64,000 nt of DNA, taken from contig OZ240245.1 in the NCBI GenBank assembly GCA_965198175.1, positions 1,760,001 to 1,824,000 of the forward strand, read 5' to 3'. This stretch comes from Candidatus Poribacteria bacterium. GTDB lineage: Bacteria; Poribacteria; WGA-4E; PCPOR2b. The notes under the pieces were generated by a model. It was not told where the DNA came from and did no database searches. It was given only the letters and a program-made list of their open reading frames with translations. Positions 61,501-64,000 of this stretch are shown in pieces. Position 1 is the first letter of the stretch; the number at the start of each line of letters is the position of its first letter. Position numbers and translations under genes: made by a program.

Positions 61501-61639
61501 GTGCGCAGTGTTGAAGCAGGGATTGGAATGCCGAGCGGACCGCCGTCTCGTGGGTAACGCCGAGCCGGTTGAACTGATCGAGCGCGGCGTAGTAGTTTTT
61601 AATTGGTTTGTGAGTTGGTTTGAGGTTGAGGGTTGGCAT
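58541..61639 (-). CDS. Single-chain restriction-modification enzyme (Type ISP-like C-terminus, N6-adenine MTase, N-terminal nuclease-like domain, no helicase)
   Basis: D...WEAK nuclease-like motif; GIVYTP, DPFVGTG, GNPPY; LlaGI/LlaBIII-like C-terminus YRPF, YVYGLLH, SALEWVIDQY..K.DK.SGIVNDPN. Confidence 0.88.
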   Translation of the reverse strand: MPTLNLKPTHKPIKNYYAALDQFNRLGVTHETAVRSAFQSLLQHCAQKLKWTLVPEHSMNAPRNKRIAVDGALIDDFRLPHGYWEAKDIHDDLPTQVQQKFEAGYPCDNILFQTPHRAILWQNTQQVLDVNLTNPTELIGTLETFFSHRPQEYAEWEDAVAQFKAVVPALGDSLASLIQTEREISPQFKVAFAEFHEKCRQAINPNLAEAAVEEMLIQHLLTERIFRTVFDNPDFARRNVIAYEIEKVIDALTSQSFSRDSFLRSLDHFYIAIERTAATISDFSQKQGFLNTVYEQFFQGFSVKVADTHGIVYTPQPIVDFMVKSVDQILKTEFNRSLSDSGVHIIDPFVGTGNFIVRVMREIQKTALADKYQSELHCNEVMLLPYYIASMNIEHYFYEATGAYRPFEGTCFVDTFELVEDPDDYQSLFAEENTRRVESQKVTPMFVVIGNPPYNVGQVNENDNNKNRNYETMAAHVAKTYGKDSKARNKKALADPYVKTIRWASNRIGEEGIVAFVTNNSFLDGVAFDGMRKHLADDFDAIYILDMGGNARKGLYVSDANVFGIRVGVSINLFVKTGPVTAATTEDESCGAARIFCYRTDDRWNKKQKFDFLNERGHIGNITWQTVQPDERYTWLAEGLHAEFETLIPMGTKEAKAANSDAGEVIFKIYSGGVKTNRDAWVYNFNRKALAETMSGMIGVFNEEVDRWKRQGNREATVDDFVIYDDTRIKWSSGLKQNLKSGQITEFSEAIIRQSFYRPFVKSNLYFDRMTNDRVLVFPSIFPTLETETENRVICVAGVGDRKGFGCFTTNRITAFDLAFEKAQCFPFYTYDEDGMNRRENITHWALAQFRSHYRDDTIGKLDIFHYVYGLLHHPEYRERYAANLKRDLPRLPYAPDFWGFAKAGKRLGEIHVGYEDVGEYPLTYIETPDTQLNWRVEMMKLSKDKTQIKYNDFLTLDGIPAKAFDYRLGNRSALEWVIDQYRLKTDKRSGIVNDPNRDDDPQYIVKLLAKVITVSLETVNIVDGLPGLELE

Positions 61640-61661
61640 TGTGTTGGTTTTCGTAAATTTT

Positions 61662-61880
61662 CTAATTCGACAGATTCGCAGTTGAGGCTTCTATCTGTTC
61701 ATAAGACAGTTCGGGTAGACTTGCCTGTTGATGGGCATGTTCAATGGTGATTGCCACTAGATTCCCAGAGGCATCCAGATCGACATAAATATTCTCGTTA
61801 ATCTCTTTTGTCTCGGTCACTTCTCGCCCTGAGAATTCAACCAAGGCGGTGTCTGTATCGTGAAAATATTTGACTTTCAT
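61662..61880 (-). CDS. DUF2283 domain protein
   Basis: MKVKYFHDTDTALVEF...IYVDLDASGNLVAITIEHA. Confidence 0.85.
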   Translation of the reverse strand: MKVKYFHDTDTALVEFSGREVTETKEINENIYVDLDASGNLVAITIEHAHQQASLPELSYEQIEASTANLSN

Positions 61881-61967
61881 TGGTTTACTTTTCCACCCTT
61901 CCTACAATCGTGCGCCGAAGAAATCGGAGATTTCTAACGCCGAATACATAACTTTCGACACGGTCAA

Positions 61968-62163
61968 AATGACAGACAGGAAAAGCGTTGGGTTTCGGAG
62001 AAAACTATCGCCTTCGCTATTCGCACAGTTGATCTCTACCCAACCTACAATCAACTGTGCACTCGCAGTCGTTTATCCATATCCTAATAAAATTACAGAG
62101 GAGTCTTTTACCTGTGGGAGAGGCGTCTAAAACTATCGCGCTTCCTACTCGGGCACTTGATCC
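61968..62163. repeat. REP-like repeat related to 57481-57657
   Basis: AATGACAGACAGGAAAAGCGTTGGGTTTCGGAGAAAACTATCGCC...CTACCCAACCTAC, plus CTATCGCGCTTCCTACTCGGGCACTTGATC. Confidence 0.75.
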
Positions 62164-62281
62164 TCGACAATCGGGAGAAGGATCTCCCTCCCACAGTATT
62201 GCCCTGTGTGACTTTGCCATCCGTTGGGAGCAGCAACGTGTATAGGCGGTTTTCTTGACTAATACAGTTTCGGAACAACAC

Positions 62282-62665
62282 CTAGCTATCAAATAACTTA
62301 GGCTGCTCATCAAATAACTCAAGCTGCGCAAAACTGTTTTTCTCTGCAAAGAAGTCCTCGTTAGCCTCCTCGCTTTGTTTTAACTTCTCAAGCGCCTTTT
62401 TCCGACCGTTATGGGCTTCGGCATTATCCGGTTTCAAGCATATTGCTTCGTGGAAATCCTTGACCGCTTCTCTATATCGCGCTACTTTATATTTCGCCCA
62501 ACCTCGATTGATAAAGACATCGGCATTATCCGGTTTTAATCGTACGGCTTCGTCAAAGTCCTTAATCGAGTCACTGTATTGTCGTAAATTATACTTTGCC
62601 TTACCCAAATCCCTGTAAAATGCGAAGTCCTCATCTTCGTAACCAGTCTTAACATGTGCTGTCAT
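62282..62665 (-). CDS. Small TPR protein
   Basis: Two to three TPRs (DFDEAVRLKPDNADVFINRG); ATG overlaps the upstream stop (ATGA). Confidence 0.8.
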   Translation of the reverse strand: MTAHVKTGYEDEDFAFYRDLGKAKYNLRQYSDSIKDFDEAVRLKPDNADVFINRGWAKYKVARYREAVKDFHEAICLKPDNAEAHNGRKKALEKLKQSEEANEDFFAEKNSFAQLELFDEQPKLFDS

Positions 62666-63456
62666 TTTGCCACCCCATCGTTGCCCGCAGCCCAAATCCC
62701 TTTTTTGGCGGCTTGCGCTAGTCTCTCAATTTCAATAAACGTACCTTTGCCGGGATAGTCAAAATCGCGGATTGCCTTACCGTAACCTTGTCGGATAATT
62801 TCACGATTCACGAAAAGAGTGTCACGCACTCGATAAAGAAACGCCAACATCCGACGGTATCGATCCTCTTCCTCGAATCCAAAACCGAAGAAAACTCGCT
62901 CTCCTCCGAGTATGTTGGTCAGGAAGTCGGATGCTTCGCGCCCGTAATATTGGACTGGTTTATCTGGGTGCACCGTTTCAGGAGCGTCCGCGCCGAGAAG
63001 GCGAACATAGGTCTCCGTCCCGTCGTAGTTTACTACAATTGTATCCCCATCAACAACGCGAATAACCTCGTACGACACCGCACCTGCAAAATTCCACTTT
63101 CTCCGCTGATTTGGATCGGATTTAGCCCTTTTCGGATTCAAACGTTTGGCTAGGTTAATGTCCTTGACCGAGCGTTCCACATTCCCTAATTTTTCCCACG
63201 CACGCGCCCGATTTTGATAGAATCTGGCATAACCTGGATCTAAGTGGATTGCTCTATCAAAGTCCTCGATTGCGCGTTCAAATTCTCCTAATCTTTCCCA
63301 GGCACGCCCACGATTTTGATTATATTGTGCCATTTGTGGATTCAAGCGTATCGCTTCATCGAAATCCTTGATTGCACCTCGGTAATTTTTCTGGGCGTAG
63401 CACTTGAGAATTCCGCTTACGTAAAAATCTTTCGCGCTTTCCGGCTTCTTTCTCAT
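62662..63456 (-). CDS. TPR-thermonuclease (SNase-like) fusion
   Basis: Three N-terminal TPRs; VIRVVDGDT, VRLLGADAPE, DRYRR, VN..II..GY, AKKGIW; GGAGG RBS. Confidence 0.88.
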   Translation of the reverse strand: MRKKPESAKDFYVSGILKCYAQKNYRGAIKDFDEAIRLNPQMAQYNQNRGRAWERLGEFERAIEDFDRAIHLDPGYARFYQNRARAWEKLGNVERSVKDINLAKRLNPKRAKSDPNQRRKWNFAGAVSYEVIRVVDGDTIVVNYDGTETYVRLLGADAPETVHPDKPVQYYGREASDFLTNILGGERVFFGFGFEEEDRYRRMLAFLYRVRDTLFVNREIIRQGYGKAIRDFDYPGKGTFIEIERLAQAAKKGIWAAGNDGVAK

Positions 63457-63715
63457 TCTGACGCTTCCTCCGAGCTAGCAGCCCAAAGTCGCCTCTTTGC
63501 AGTTTGCGTTACCTTGTTTTGTTAGATAAATCTCTGTATTTTAGATAGTTAGCGTCCGATTTAACTACCATAGTGGAGCCATCAAAAGCATCTGTGCCTT
63601 AAGTACAATTCCCCTCGATTGTTCGGATTGATTTTTAAGATTATGTCATAATGGCGAAACAGAAGTCAAGGGTGAAGTCAAAAAGGAGGAGAATGTCGGG
63701 ATTCAAGGCGTTGGG

Positions 63716-64000
63716 TTATAGGCGAACGGTTCGGGTTACGTATTCGCGTTCGCGCTTTCGTTGGCGTTCTTGTGGGGTGGTGTTGATTCGTGCGCGGTTT
63801 GCGCCTTGAACGGCGTCGGGCGCGTCGTTGTGCTCTGAGGTCGGGAACTCACGGAACTGCTTCCAGAACTCCGGCGGCAAGCCGACCTCATTGAATGCGA
63901 TCCAGCCGTTCTTGATGGAAGGCTCCAGTGTTGCAATGCGCTCCTCCTTGTTTTGCGTCTGCGAGTGATAGACCAGTGTCTTCTCGAACTTGAGCTTTTC
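63716..64000 (-). CDS. Phage terminase large subunit, C-terminal nuclease domain (partial, begins outside window)
   Basis: Not in ORF track. Open frame from 64000: EKLKFEKTLVYHSQTQNKEERIATLEPSIKNGWIAF...FWKQFREFPTSEHNDAPDAVQGA..., matching K..RI..LEP...G.I.F and FP...HxD.PDA. Confidence 0.75.
   Translation of the reverse strand, partial: EKLKFEKTLVYHSQTQNKEERIATLEPSIKNGWIAFNEVGLPPEFWKQFREFPTSEHNDAPDAVQGANRARINTTPQERQRKREREYVTRTVRL

Noticed and set aside
57055..62163. Repeats as a CRISPR array or integron attC sites
   Set aside because: Not tandem equal repeats; orientations are mixed; no cas or intI gene; the GTT...AAC order is opposite to attC.
63736..63936. 66-aa ORF ending NANESANANT
   Set aside because: Alternative frame of the terminase-like gene, which carries the recognisable motifs.

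Overview
Bacterial chromosome segment, most likely Candidatus Poribacteria (LamG protein ending in the AVxxxGKLATTWGxLK motif, PhyH dioxygenase, many TPR and FRG-TPR proteins; the taxon call is inference). Housekeeping blocks are murA, dprA, an ECF sigma/anti-sigma pair with a 1559-aa TPR protein, rpsB-tsf-frr-cdsA-dxr (without pyrH and uppS), alaS, larB, hemW, hemE/hemH/hemY with a pentaheme cytochrome c, and gpsA. The clearest hidden feature is a selenocysteine system. selA-selB-tRNA-Sec sit at 42.7-46.2 kb. An AhpD/CMD-family gene, split in two by the ORF track, reads through an in-frame UGA (CHYU motif) followed by a SECIS-like hairpin. That gene lies between two paralogous FRG/TPR modules. 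The right end (56-64 kb) is an accessory, defence-like region with GTAG-type REP-like repeats, DUF2806, a helicase-less Type ISP-like restriction-modification enzyme, DUF2283, a TPR-thermonuclease/TPR pair, and the C-terminus of a phage terminase large subunit missed by the ORF track. All calls come from reading motifs by eye; no searches were run.
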